Below, one piece after another: positions 41,033-52,959 of a DNA stretch of 64,000 bases (positions are counted from its first letter, which is position 1; every line of letters begins with the position of its first letter). Under the pieces are notes generated by a model. The model saw only the letters and a program-made list of their open reading frames with translations. It did no database searches and was not told the DNA's origin. The position numbers and the translations under genes are program-made. This DNA comes from Raillietiella orientalis (Eukaryota): assembly GCA_036172245.1 (NCBI GenBank), contig JAYWIR010000015.1, positions 4,030,001 through 4,094,000 of the forward strand. Reading direction: 5' to 3'.

Positions 41033-41839
41033 GTGTTGGTACGGGAAAAGCTTTCTTAACACTGATCTGAAATGTGAAGAAGGAAGATGAGTTCCTACTT
41101 TTGAGGCGATCTAAAGCTGTCAATGATTCAGTTACGCCATTTTGTTCATCTTTTATCCAGACAGGACTTTGAACTGTCTTTAAAGCGTTATCTGAAGGAG
41201 AGCACACGAGACACTGTCGCTCAATCAGGGTACTGAGAGGCGGAAGCTGGCAAGGAAAGTCGTCGACTCGTAAAACTTAGGCAAATTCTCACAAAGCGAC
41301 TTGTTTTGAGATCCATAACACCCCGAGGAATTTTTTTTCCAAGGATGAATCAGCAATTAAAGTTCTGCTATTAAAAGTTGGACGACCCTGGATTCAAATT
41401 CCCTCTTTCCAGTAACCCGATACAAACATCGAGTGTCTCTCATACACGGAAACCGGATACATCTTTTTCATCCTTTGATGCACGATCTCGTCTTTTTTTT
41501 TCTTTTTTTTTTCCTGTAGCTCTGTATTCTCTTAAGTCCTTGGATGAGAGGCTCTTATATTTACGGTTAAGCAAGAAATCTCTAGAGGTCACAAATCAAT
41601 GAAGAAGTTCCATTTCGGGGAGATGGAAAGTCATCATTGCTTTGCGACTGTCACAGTTACTCAGGCAGTGTGGCTGTGACGAGAGAAGACGCCACAGTCC
41701 ACTCCCGGAATCTTTGCCCAGCCCGAAATTCTTGCCAGCACTCTTTGACTGTGGAATGTCTTTCCTCCCTCACGTACTTTTCTCAACAGTCGTCTTATCG
41801 AGCATCTGAAGATGATTTTCCGAATTTTTTTCTTCTTAG

Positions 41840-41976
41840 AGGAAAATCCAGCAGCCATGCAGAAAAGCTCTTCAAAGTTCCTTAGAATCTGCCGTTGGTG
41901 GTGCATCTCAAACATCGGAGCGTTCCATCTAATTCTACGAATTTGGAAAGAAGAGCTGCTGAACTTCATCGAGTGA
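41840..41976 (+). CDS. Dpr-like gene, terminal coding exon
   Basis: Acceptor tttttttcttcttag|. The phase-1 join gives VLE-EENPAAMQKSSS...IE*, matching the Dpr 'VLxGExPAAMQ' motif after Ig2. AATAAA hexamers follow near 42289 and 42320. Confidence 0.85.
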
Positions 41977-42840
41977 ATGAAGGGATGGAGAAAAACAGGA
42001 TTGCAAAGACTGACGCCAGGAAAGGCTCATTTATAAGAAGAAACATCCTTTGAGGAGTGCACACGCAGTCTCGACACCCATAACGCAAACTTCGGTACGC
42101 ATCTTTGAAGCTCATGTATTGTTTTTTAGATCGCCTTCCAATTTTGTTGGATGTCTACAATTAGTAATCAGTACCAATTTGCTTTCCTCTATTGAAATTC
42201 GGAAATGAAGAGGGTCTCAATGAAATGTCTGTTATGGCTATTTTTGTATTCAGAGAGTAGAAGCTAAAACATTCTATGCTTCTGAGCAAATAAATAGCAT
42301 CTACATCTTCGTGCCGTAAAATAAAGCAAATCTGTTCGCAAAGAGGGTATTTTCTTTTGGTTCCAGTCAATCGATGTCTTTGGGAGCTTGCATTCCTAAT
42401 TAATACCAAAATTCGAAATACCTAAAAAAACATACAAAAACAAAAATCCTCGATTAACGAGAGAGCGCAAGAACGACATTTCTTAATTTAAGAGGAGAAG
42501 TTAAAATGAAGATAGCTTGCCGTGCTAGTAACCAAGAGAGGCATGAAACCCTAAGGATTTGGATATCTTTTAACCGTAACTCGGCCACCTCAGAAATGAT
42601 TTGATGATAAGAGAGGCAAAGGTACTGAAGACCTCGATTTTAAATGTCGAAAAATATGGATTCGTAAAGGCTTTCTTGACAGGAACCTCGCTGCATTAAG
42701 AACGGAACAAGCGAGCAACTGTTTCTTTTTTGCTTAATTTATGGTATGTTTGATTTTCCCATCTTCAGAGTTCTCAAGATGGAAGAAATGCGTCGGAGTA
42801 AATTACCATGTGTCCACATAGTGTGCACATAGGAACTTTA

Positions 42841-43240
42841 GGATGCCTCCACTGGACTGGTCGGGATTGGAGGTTGACCCTCCTAGGTCATTTCGGAAAT
42901 CAAGGAGGAGCCCTTCCAAGTTTCTCCTTCGGTTGGGAGGATGGAACCGTTACCATGGAGCTGAGGTGGAAACAGGGGACTGTTCCTTCCGGAGGAGAAA
43001 TTCCAGGAGCACACCCTTTCCGGGTCCCCCTTGAGGAAGAAAGGAGCAATGGATCCCTCCAGTTGGCCACGTGCGTCCCTCTGGAGAGAAGAAGGAAGAG
43101 GTTCCCTTCGGAGACGAAACCGGATGGCCCCGTTGACCGTTGGTTGGAAAGGGATCGGGAGCTGAACCTCCGGGGTTCTTCCAGGAATCTCGGAGCCAGC
43201 TGGTTCCCTTCGGGTTACCCCCTCCGGTTGGGAAAAGTGT
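42841..43240 (+). mobile_element. SINE-like family copy lacking the head (body plus minisatellite tail)
   Basis: ggatgcctcc...gggattggaggttgacc...aatcaaggag followed by ggttcccttcgg-type units, as in 50220-50740. Confidence 0.7.
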
Positions 43241-43399
43241 AAACACTCATTAGTTAAGCTACACATCTGTAAAACATATGGATGGGCGCTGCATAGTTGC
43301 AAGATCATTCCATCGCTGACGAGGACTCGTCACAGAATGGATGAATTGTCAGCCTGCGAGGCAGCCACAGGAAAGTACAACTCACTGCATCTCCAAGTC

Positions 43400-43900
43400 T
43401 ACTGCTGATTCTCGAAGCTTCCTAGAACTTCCAGCCATGTCATTCGAAGCTGCGAAGAGTGCCAGAGATATGCAGTTCGGAGAACGGTAAGATACCTGAT
43501 GTCAGGAGATCCCAACGCGGTAACGTGGACGACTTCCCATAGTCTTAGGAGAAAAACCCCTTTCTTCCGTGCCATTACCAATGAAGCGATCAATAAGCTT
43601 GTGCAGCATATCAATGCAAACAGAATATGCATGCTGGAAGCCTCTTCAAGGCAAAGTGTTTCTGGAGAACTTTTTGAAGACATCTCCCATCGCATCCGCC
43701 ACAACTCGGGCGCCAAAGCCTAAAATTGTACCGAATGGTATTGTGCAATCGAAGAATAACTGTAGTAGGATATGGTCTGGTGCGATCCACGAAGACTCAT
43801 CTTCATCTCATCAGCCCGCATCCGTTTCGGACATCGTCTTTATATTATCTGTACCACCGTGAGCACGTGTGTCACCCAGCAAGCTTTGCAAACTGCGATG
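43400..43900 (-). mobile_element. Possible C-terminal relic of an RLE-type (R4/Dong-like) LINE
   Basis: QTISY ... YHSVQF*ALAPEL..W ... KK..LLRLWEVVHVTALGS ... VLRTAYL resembles 'ETI.H ... RH..V...L ... K..KY...RLW...V.GALG'. Confidence 0.3.
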
Positions 43901-44277
43901 TGTGCTGGTTTTGTGGATCTTACTGACCGGTCTGCATCTTCTAATTGGTCTAATGATATACATCGACTATGCTGCTCCCATCATCTCATCTGAGAAGTTT
44001 TTTTAGAAGGCACTCAGAAAACTTCAGAAAAATCGTTCTTCCGTCTTGAAATTGCCTCGTCAGATTGCCAAAGTGAAAGCTGTATTGCAGTGATCAGTTC
44101 GAGGATTAAATCTCATCTCATCATTGGAAAGGAAGTTTCAATGCTCGATTACTGAGGAAACCAAACTTATAGCGGACAATTCCTGAGGTCATTCGGATTT
44201 TGCGTGCGACTTAAGTGAAAGCGGACGGCTCATAAAGGCGACCTGCAGATGCGACAGAATGTCATCCGTTCAACGTG

Positions 44278-44430
44278 CTCCGCCCCCGTTGGTGGCCCTG
44301 TGGCTGCGGTCTTCGCGCATGATACCAAGAGTGAAGAATCGACGCCAGAGAAATGGGTGCGTAGTGGGTCTCGAGTTCTCCCACGCAAGATAACGCTGGC
44401 TGGCCTGCATTCGGACGCAGTGCACTGGTT
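44278..44430 (+). mobile_element. SINE-like head abutting an antisense LINE
   Basis: gaatcgacgcc...gtgggtctcgagttctcc...caagataacgctggctgg...cactggt, homologous to the other heads. Confidence 0.75.
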
Positions 44431-44432
44431 GA

Positions 44433-45215
44433 CACCCGGTCACGCCGGGGCGCTTATTTATGAAAAATAAATGCCTGTGGCAGGGCATTTGATCCTGCCA
44501 CGTTACTTATAACTACGAGAAGGAACCTGCCAGGAACTGGCACGCAGGCCACAGGAGTTCGCCCTGGCAGCACAAGGAAAAGGGAGGTAAACAAAAAGAA
44601 CAAAACTAAAACCAAAAACATACAGTCAGAAAATAGAAGGGGGGTTCGGGAAAGGATCCCTGTGTGCTGGAGGGTGTCTTCTGCATCCTTGTAAGGATGC
44701 CGGCAAGTTCCTGTTCCAAGACTCCCAGATGGGGCCATCTTGACGCCATCCTCATGAAGAGGACAACAAAATAGATGGTATCCCTGTCGTACTGGCCTCC
44801 TCGGGAGTTGCTCCATGCAGCCACGATCCCGCCGTGAGGGCACAAAAGTGCTGCTAGGGATGCGACCGGCGTGAGGGAGTCGCGCTGGAACAGGCGACAC
44901 TCAATGGAACCCACGACGTTGCCGCCGTGGGTTCCAAAGGTCGCGGCAAGCATTTCCAAAGGGGTCGGAGAACAACACAGTCCATTAGAAGGTGCGGTAA
45001 GGATTCCCGCTCCCCGCACCTTGCACAGTTTGGGTCCACCCCTCACCCCCGTGTCTAATGATTCCGGCGAGCGTTGCACGGGAAGTCCCAGTGCAGCAGC
45101 ATCAATGCCGACTTCTGCCACTTCGAGAGAAGGATGCGGGTGTTCGTGAGCATTGCAGACCACTGAAGGTCTTTTTCCGGAATACCCAGTAGCACGCCCC
45201 AGCTCAAAAGTCCAA
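44433..45215 (-). mobile_element. Tx1/L1-clade LINE family A, 3' fragment (zf-RVT plus 3' UTR)
   Basis: LLHWDFPCNARRNH*TRG*GVDPNCARCGERESLPHLLMDC is the L1-type C-terminal zinc knuckle. T-rich 3' UTR with AATAAA. Near-identical to 55206-55985. Confidence 0.88.
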
Positions 45216-46589
45216 GTCGGAGCAACAACCAGCTTGTCAAACTCACTCCCGGTCAGCTAGCAAAGTGGAGGCCAGAGGCTGTCAGCGAGTAGCTGCATGC
45301 TGGATTTTGTTCCGAGGAGCTTGTTTGGGTGCGCTGTGATGTTTGCTTAATGACGCTTGGTACTGTCCAGTGGAAGCTGGCTTCTGGAAATTTGCTGCCA
45401 GGGGTTGAGGGAGTGAAGTTTTCGACGAAGAACTGCGTGGATCTTCCTCCTGCCTCAAATCAGCGCAATTGGACGGAAACGGAATCAGTTAGCTAAACGT
45501 CATGGATTTAGTTCCGGATAGCCGCGAGAATGATTTCATCTTCACAAATGTGCCTGGAACATACAGCAAGGAAACGCAACTGAGCTGAGAGAGGAGCAGG
45601 CGGAATGAAAGTGTGGACCGAGGCTCACTTGTGTGGTGGACTTGATCATATTCTGAAAGAGAACATCAGTATTTACTTAACATCCAAGATATTTGCAACT
45701 CAAAAGCAAACGACAAATCGAAATTAAATGATTACTTACTGAAAATTTGGGTTTTGTTTCGGTGACTCTCGGGAAAGAATGAGATTTTCGTTTTCAATCT
45801 CGAAATGAAAAGCTGTAAAATCACGGAATTTGAATTTTTATTTTATTTTGAAAATCACGAAGTGATAGGAGTGTAAATATCATGTTAAGAACTATAAATG
45901 AGGTAACCATAGTTGGCGCAGCAGAAAGGGGTGCAACACTCTTAGAAGTCCAAAGCTGTCTACTATTCTAAGCGATATCAGGGGATGAAGTCTAAGGCTA
46001 CTCTCAAAACGTATGAGGCACCAATTAGGAGGCAGCGTGGCCAACGTCATGTTTTCTTGAGAGGGTTACATTGTATCCAGTGTCCTTAGAGGACGCGATG
46101 TGGAAGAAGAAGAACGCAAAAGAAGAATGAGGTTGAGAATGTTTTTCTATTGCTTTCAATTCTTAAAAATATATTTCCTTCACATTTCCAAAAAGTTGCT
46201 CGAGATAATGTGAGACTGACGACCGGGAAAAAAAAACACAACAGCTAATGCATTCCAAATAACCTGGCGGTTTTCACAAGCCAGCCAGCACACACTTTTA
46301 AGCAGGCCTTACACTTTCGAAAAATAAAAGTCAAGTTTGACACCAGGGTTATTTGTCGTATTTAAATGGAAATTTTAGCTAAGTGTAATCTTGATTTTTA
46401 TGAATTTTCGTTAATTAAATGTTCTTATTCTTTCCGTTCCCAACTACCCCAATTTTTCCTTCAGTGAGATGGCCAGTCATCTTCAACATCTCTACTTCAC
46501 CCGTTACAATTTTTCAGCACTTTCCCCTGCATCTTCTGAGGGATCTCGATGTTTGGGGAGAGTTCGATGTAGATTGCGAGCATCCTTTG

Positions 46590-48860
46590 GTTAACAAAAC
46601 CGCTTGGCACAGAATTCATATTTGTTGCAGATGTTTCCAGGGAAACGTTGAAAAAAGATACCAAATAAAGCCTAGTTGCTGATGTTTTCTTGACTGCTCT
46701 TCGTAGAATGGATCGAGATGTGTTTGCTTTCCAGTGACTCCCACAAAACATGTCCTCCCAGCAAGATGTTTCTGTGCTTCTGATGGTCTCAATGGAATCA
46801 CTGAGTTCGCTGAATTAACAGCGTGTGTTTACGGAACCATCGTGACCCTTCTGAAGCGAAACTGCAACTCCCTTGCCATGGGTTAGATATCCACTACACC
46901 TCTTGTTTTGCTTGTAGGACCAATGAGCGATTTTGAACCATCGCTCAGACGTCGTGTGAATTTAATCATTCTCAAAGAGACGTCTGGATACGTTAAGCCT
47001 TGCACTGTGAGCCCGACACGAGTTCAGTTGACCAAAATTTTGGGGTACTAATCTTCGTTGAACATTGAGATGCGTTCGTGTGCGCGAAACAGAGATCCAC
47101 ATGGCTCAAAACAGGAGACTGAACTAGTCCAATGGGGATACGGGAATTCTTGCTAACTCGAGACTTCCGGACTGCAAATTCAGCAACCAAGGAAACATCC
47201 GATTGTGGATGGCTCGAGATATTATGAACCTTGGATGAGCATCAAACACGCACGTGTTTGGACTTAGACCGAATGATCGAATGGTTAAGATCAACGTCAG
47301 GAGAATGATGGCTCAGAGATTTCTACCTCCTGTTACCCTTTCCCACTTTGCTTGACTACCTCCAGATTGGACTGGTTCCTGTTGAATATCATCGCTCGTT
47401 GGAAACCGAAATCTAAATGTGGACAGTAGAAACAAAGACATTTGAGGTAACCAACTGGATATACATTCCCGCTCTCTCCATCTCGGAAAAATAGCATACC
47501 AATTCGAATGCTGGGGAAAACAATGATCTTGCAATCTCTTTCACGGGATGGGAAGAATGTGCAGAAGGCATTCAGGAAGAGATCGGAAGTTCTTTAACGA
47601 ACGGCTTGCAGAAAAGCAACCCTCAGTGAAGAGTTCAGATGGGAAACGAAACGGCTTGTAGATAACTAAAGACGGAACGAGACTGGAAACAGCCTCTGAA
47701 ATGAATGGTCCAAGATGCTTCTTCCCTCCACTTTCCTTCTTTCCGCGACTGGGATGATTTCTGTGAAAGGGAGCTCAGGACATCCTCTGATAAGATGCTC
47801 TTAATTCGAGGCTATCTATCAGAGCCTCCAGTTTTGCTCCAGTGTATGTGGACTTCGGAGTAATGAACAGAGATGATGACATCACTGTAATTATTTTTTA
47901 CTAAAAAGAGGAGAACGCTTCTGATAAAAGACAAGCAAGGATTTATGGATTTATCTCTTTCCGCCTCCAATGCGTCATCTTCAGTGGGCTCTCATGATAC
48001 AGTGTCAGGAAAGGAATTCCTGGAACTAAACCTTATGTATATTCTGCTCGTGCTTGCACACTGCAATTTAAGTGACCCATGCATACCTGTTTTCAATGTA
48101 CTCATGTCAATCGCCTGGTGAAGACTGCAGGTAGACAACCAAAATTTCCTGATCACCATCTCAGTCAGATTTCGGGATTCGAATCCAGAAAAACGCCCCG
48201 TTTCCGTCCATTTTCGACGCGAATTTTCAAAATTTATCGATGCCGGGAGGACGGCCCGTGCCCACATTTATTTACCAATGTATCGTTTCATTGGTCTTCG
48301 CTACCTCCAAAGTGCTGCCGACCATGACACTTACCTCCCGTGGATTCAATTCAGACAGAGTTTGGAGTTTTATCCCTCCCGGGATGTGGAAGTCTTGCGT
48401 TCTTCTTCATGGGCACTTCCCCAGCTGCCCATCAAGGAAACAGTTGAGAATTGTCCTTTGAGTTCGCCTTGCTATTCGGCCACGTTCAAGAACTCCGCAT
48501 GCTTGAACTTTTCCTTAGTAAGGAAGTAGTAGGAAGTCAGTGAAGGAAAGGGTGCTGATGTCTGGAGAGAAAGAGCGAACCGGCACTTCAACTTTGCGGG
48601 TCGTTAGTGTTCACGACAACCATAATCCAGATAGGGCATGAGAGGAGGGCTGAAATCAGGGAAAAGGTACTTCTTTCGTGGAAGCATCTAGTCATTCATA
48701 GTCCAAAATTCTGAAGTAGTAAATCCTAATAAAATGAACAGCGGGGCATCGAAAAGCTGATCTAAGGAATTGAACCTCCAAAAACACTTTCCTTCTCAGA
48801 ACGGCAATAAGAAAATCCTTGTGGATGAACGGATAAGATTCTGAGATCATTGGAATGAGC
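46590..48860 (+). mobile_element. BEL/Pao pol relic (RNase H to integrase C-terminus)
   Basis: In order: FVADVS, FVCAKQR, DRMIEWLRS, NWIYIP, NGP; then CFQC...PF, YRFIGLR, WSFIPP and RGIEKLI*G...ILRSLE*, matching Pao DAS, AKSR, RRFI.RRG, W.FIPP and W..G.I..L..G motifs. Confidence 0.6.
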
Positions 48861-50030
48861 GGCAGGTTGTCTCCAAGAGGATCGGAGATTCGAAAAGTTT
48901 TCTTCTGCCGCAGTTGCGGCAGTCTCACTACCCTTTTTTCAGCACTCCAGTCTCAGACATTTTATGAATTCCCTACTAAGGATCCATTCCGAAACCTCAT
49001 TGTCTCTTGTGAAGATGAAAGCACAAGAGCTCAAGTTCGCCTTTAAAAACCCTACTCTCTCCTTAAGCACCAGTGGTTTCTGCTGTGAGTCGAAGTTTCT
49101 AGCTTGAGTTTCAAAGCTGTGGCTGTCCAAAGGTCTGCCACCCGCAGGTGACTCGAGTCGATATGCGAGTCTATGCTCTGCATTCGAACCAGGTCTGCCA
49201 CTGCGCAGGGTAGAAGAATGGTCATCTTAGATGTCTGCGCTTTCGAGAGCTCTCTGATGCATTCAGGAGTGTTTGCGGAAGGAAGGAGACCTAGTACAGG
49301 GACCTCGCTGTCTCCTCCTCAAACAAGCATGTTTAGATAATGGTCGGAGTAGGAATGGTACGCGCTCTAGGGTCCTGGGACCCCGAATGAAGAGGTGACA
49401 GGTCTGAAGATCTTGCAGCTATACCTCGAAAAAATTTCGTCTCTGACATCTAACATAACCAAAATGTCTGTTAGACCCATAGATTGGAATTTCCTCTCAG
49501 CGAAGAGATAGCACAATACATCGACGCCCAAGAAGAACTGCTATAAGCTGATGTGGATGTGGACAGAGGATTTTTGGAAACGATGCCATAACTCCCTGAA
49601 GAGCGCAAGTGCAGATCGAACAAGAAGATGGTAAGAGTGCAAATCTCCCGATCCATTTTATGTGATTTCTCTCCTGTCACTCAAATCAGCAGATCTGGTA
49701 TGCATGCATTCTTGGAATCTCCAGCTCTTTCGCCACGTCGTCGTTCTTTAGGTCTGAAGGTTCCAATCTCCAGAGGACAATCGTGAGAACTGACACTTGG
49801 GTTCTTCCTGAGAGAGTAGGAGAAAAAGATGAACAGAGCCAACATTTTCCTTCTCGTTCACGCACCTTCTTGAACTCGCCCTGTCTCCAACCTCTCGGAG
49901 GGGCAGCATGTATGTGTTGAGGATGATGACGGAAGAGGGGAAGGGGGGGGGACTTTGTGTATTCATTGATAATTCAGCATAAAATGAGAATCCTCACCTG
50001 AGGCACTGTAAATGGTCTTAATAATGACCC

Positions 50031-50745
50031 AGGTGGCCCGCGTTGGAGACCACGTGGCTGATGAGATCTCTGCGCATGGCACCACGCGTCGCGGGTTCGA
50101 ATACTCGGAAAGAATCGACGCCGGGAGATGAGGATGCGTCGTGGATTCGAGTTCCTCCCGCAAGATGACGCTGGTTGGCTCCACATTCATTTGGGTGCGG
50201 CACCGGTAGCGGTCCAAACCGGATGCCCCCGGTGAGTGGCCGGGATTAGAAATCGACCTCCGGGTCCTTCCAGGAAACAAAATCAAGGAGTGCGGTTCCC
50301 TTCAGGGTTCTCTTCCGTTTGTGCAAAGGAGCCATCCCTCCTCCCTCGTGGATGAATCCTCCGTCTCGACCATGAAGCTGGTGAATTAATGTGCTCCAGT
50401 GTACAAAGGAGCGCGCTGCTCCCTTCGGGGAGCGCCCTTCAGAGAAAATTTGGAAGCGTCCCTTTGGAGTTCTCTTCAGAGGGGTAAGCAGGAACGGTTC
50501 CCTTGCGGGTTCCCTCCGGACAAGAAATTCCTACTAGCGAATCCTTTCCGAGTTCCCTTCGGAGAAGAAAAAATGGAGCGGATCCCTTCGAAGGTCCTTC
50601 CCCAGGCGGAAAAGGATAAGGAAGGAGGTTCCCCCTCGGGGATCCCTCCGCAGGCGTGAGAGGAACGGATTTCCTTCTCCGAAGCCCTTCCTGGATTCAT
50701 AGGGTGGTCCCCTCCAGGAGAACCCCCTATCTTGGAGAAAATGAG
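50031..50745 (+). mobile_element. Full-length copy of the tRNA-related SINE-like family (~710 bp)
   Basis: Two B-box-like motifs (gggttcgaatac ~50093, ggattcgagttcc ~50143), a body, then about 8-10 degenerate ~40-bp units ending cccctatcttggagaaa. Collinear end to end with 52960-53677. Confidence 0.82.
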
Positions 50746-51914
50746 ACCGTGTTGTAACATCAGTGAGCAGAATACTCTTCTTGGAAGCATCACTGGATCA
50801 TACGGAATGACCTCGGGCTCCAGAGGTTCCCAATGGCATCTTTTGTCTGTTTAAGTCACTGCATCCTCGTGCTTAAAGGGTACTTTTGTCCGCTTCGCGA
50901 CGGATTTCGCACGGAGTACGCGAACCGGAAAGTGAGCAGTTCCAAGAGTTCCAGATAGCTTTGGGCTATCCTAGACTTCCTGCAGTTCCCAGTTCAGAAT
51001 CACCATTGCTCTTCTAGCACGCGATGGACTTCATCGCGCAAGAGACCACCGCACGGTTTTCGATGACGGCTCTCTACTGCATCCCGTTGTTTTTTTCTCC
51101 CTGTTTCCAGAAGCTGGGAATATCACCTTCAGAGTTCCTGCTGAGAGGCTTGTAGGCCGGCACGAGTGGATTTCTAGGAAAGGAAGCTGCTCTGGAGCCT
51201 GCTCTTCAGTGGAATCGGTCCTCACTGGGAAAGAGGGAAAAAATCGGACATGATGAAATAATCAGAAAAGAATTCGCTTTTCCTGAAAGTGCCATTCATC
51301 ACGAAGATCACAGGAAGTGCTCAGTGAACACTGCGATTCTAGACAGCAGTGTTCTCTCAACAGAACAGGCTTCCAGTTCCTCTGCAGGAGACCTCGTGAT
51401 CCATTCTACTCCCTAGTGAAGACAGCTCTTGGAAATCTCGGATTCCTATTTTCGCTTCTGAGATAATCTTGGATTTTATCTATCCATCATTGCATTTGGA
51501 CTCCTACCGCTCACTTCTAAAAAAGGATAATCTCACAAAAAGGATAATCTCACTTTATTGGGGTGCTTGTCTGTGACAGATGATGCTGCGAACAAGACGT
51601 CTCATTTTTTTTTTCTCGGATGAGAGGCATCTCTTCCCGTGATTCCAGCCGTGGAAACAGTTGCAGAGAGCAGTGGATGTGGATTCTTGTGGGAGTTTCT
51701 TTTTGTTTGGTTCTCTACCAGAAAGGATTCAATAGATCTCAGTGAGGAGGGGGCTGCCCTGCTGAGCACAACACCCCGATTCGTACGTTGGTTGTCTACA
51801 GCGCGCCCACGCTCACCATGCATTTTCTTTTTATTTGGTTCGCTAAGTACTCAGAAAACGCTTTGCATTCCTCATCGCAGAGCTGTGCCTGTCGGTTGCT
51901 ACAGCACCACGATG

Positions 51915-52539
51915 ATTGCACAGCGCATCCGTCATTTTTTCAAATTTTCATTCCTGCTGATTCTGTCAGCTCTTCAAAACCTGCCGTGGTGTTTACAAAC
52001 ATCCGGCAGGAGCTGGTGCGAGTTGGAAGAGGAAGGTGGAGAGGACGAAACCCAGATGCAATCTTGCAAGAGATGCGAATGCATCCAAAACCGAAAGGAT
52101 TTCCATTACTACTCACGAGTTGCCAGGGAGCTTCATGAGATAACAGCGAATCGTGTCATCAAGACTGGACTCTAATGTCGCGCGTGCAAATGGCATGACT
52201 TGCGATATAGCATCTATCACTGCTTCAGGGAAAAGTCACATCCCACAATTGAATCCTCATTGAATCCTCGAACTGAATTGCAAACACAGAGTGAAATTAA
52301 AATAGAAATGAAAGAATCATCGCATGGAGAAGATTTGCCTCTCCCAACACCTTCCTCCTCCAGGTTATGCAACGCAGCAGAGTCTCCTTATGGATTTCTA
52401 TGATGCACTGTATAATTCTGTTACTTTGGATGCGCTTGAAAGACAACTTGTTCCAGCTGAAATTCTGATTGCAGTACCGAACATGAATCTTAAATTCGTA
52501 GACTCCGGCTATCCAAGGGAGTTGAAATTGCAAATCAAC
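51915..52539 (+). pseudogene. Possible decayed serpin fragment
   Basis: FIPADSVSSSKPAVVFTN...GRW, then in a splice-bounded segment (cag|52364-52539|gtaagt) CNAAESPYG / SMM..IILL / LDALERQL...EILIAVPNMNL. This follows the serpin order LVL.N..FKG.W, ELPY, SM.I.LP, L..LE..L, V.LPKF. Confidence 0.4.
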
Positions 52540-52959
52540 GTAAGTAATCGGTCTTGTGAAATACAAAGAGAGGATAGAGTCGCATGAAACCTTATTACTC
52601 CAGCGTCTCAAGTAACCTGGGACAGCACAAAGGCAGGAAGAAACCGATGGTAACGCAGATTCTTTGGCTCGATTGGCAAGGTAGCATACGCAAACATTGA
52701 AAAACCGTCTGTAAAAGTGTCGAATTCGTTACTACATTAAAAGTTTCTTGACCCCAGTGATTTCCATATAAGATTTAAGCATATGTATACTGTATGAAAT
52801 GAAATGACGACAATTTTTTTAGAAAAAACATCGTGGTCAGTTTCACTTGCGTCATTGACCGCTATTTACGTTAGAGGTGAACCAGCAGAGGATGATGGAA
52901 ATCCTTTCTTTTCTGTCTTCGCAGTTCTTCGACACGGTTCCACGCCACCCGAGGGTGGG

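Noticed and set aside
44400..44452. U2 snRNA or 5S rRNA as the LINE target (Keno, Utopia or Mutsu type)
   Set aside because: No recognisable U2 or 5S sequence at any junction.
50031..50160. Functional tRNA genes at the SINE heads
   Set aside because: B-box-like motifs are present, but there is no consistent cloverleaf or acceptor stem, and the copies are diverged and attached to the same long body.
50400..50740. CRISPR-like repeat-spacer array
   Set aside because: The units are degenerate tandem repeats without unique spacers, in a eukaryotic context with no cas genes.
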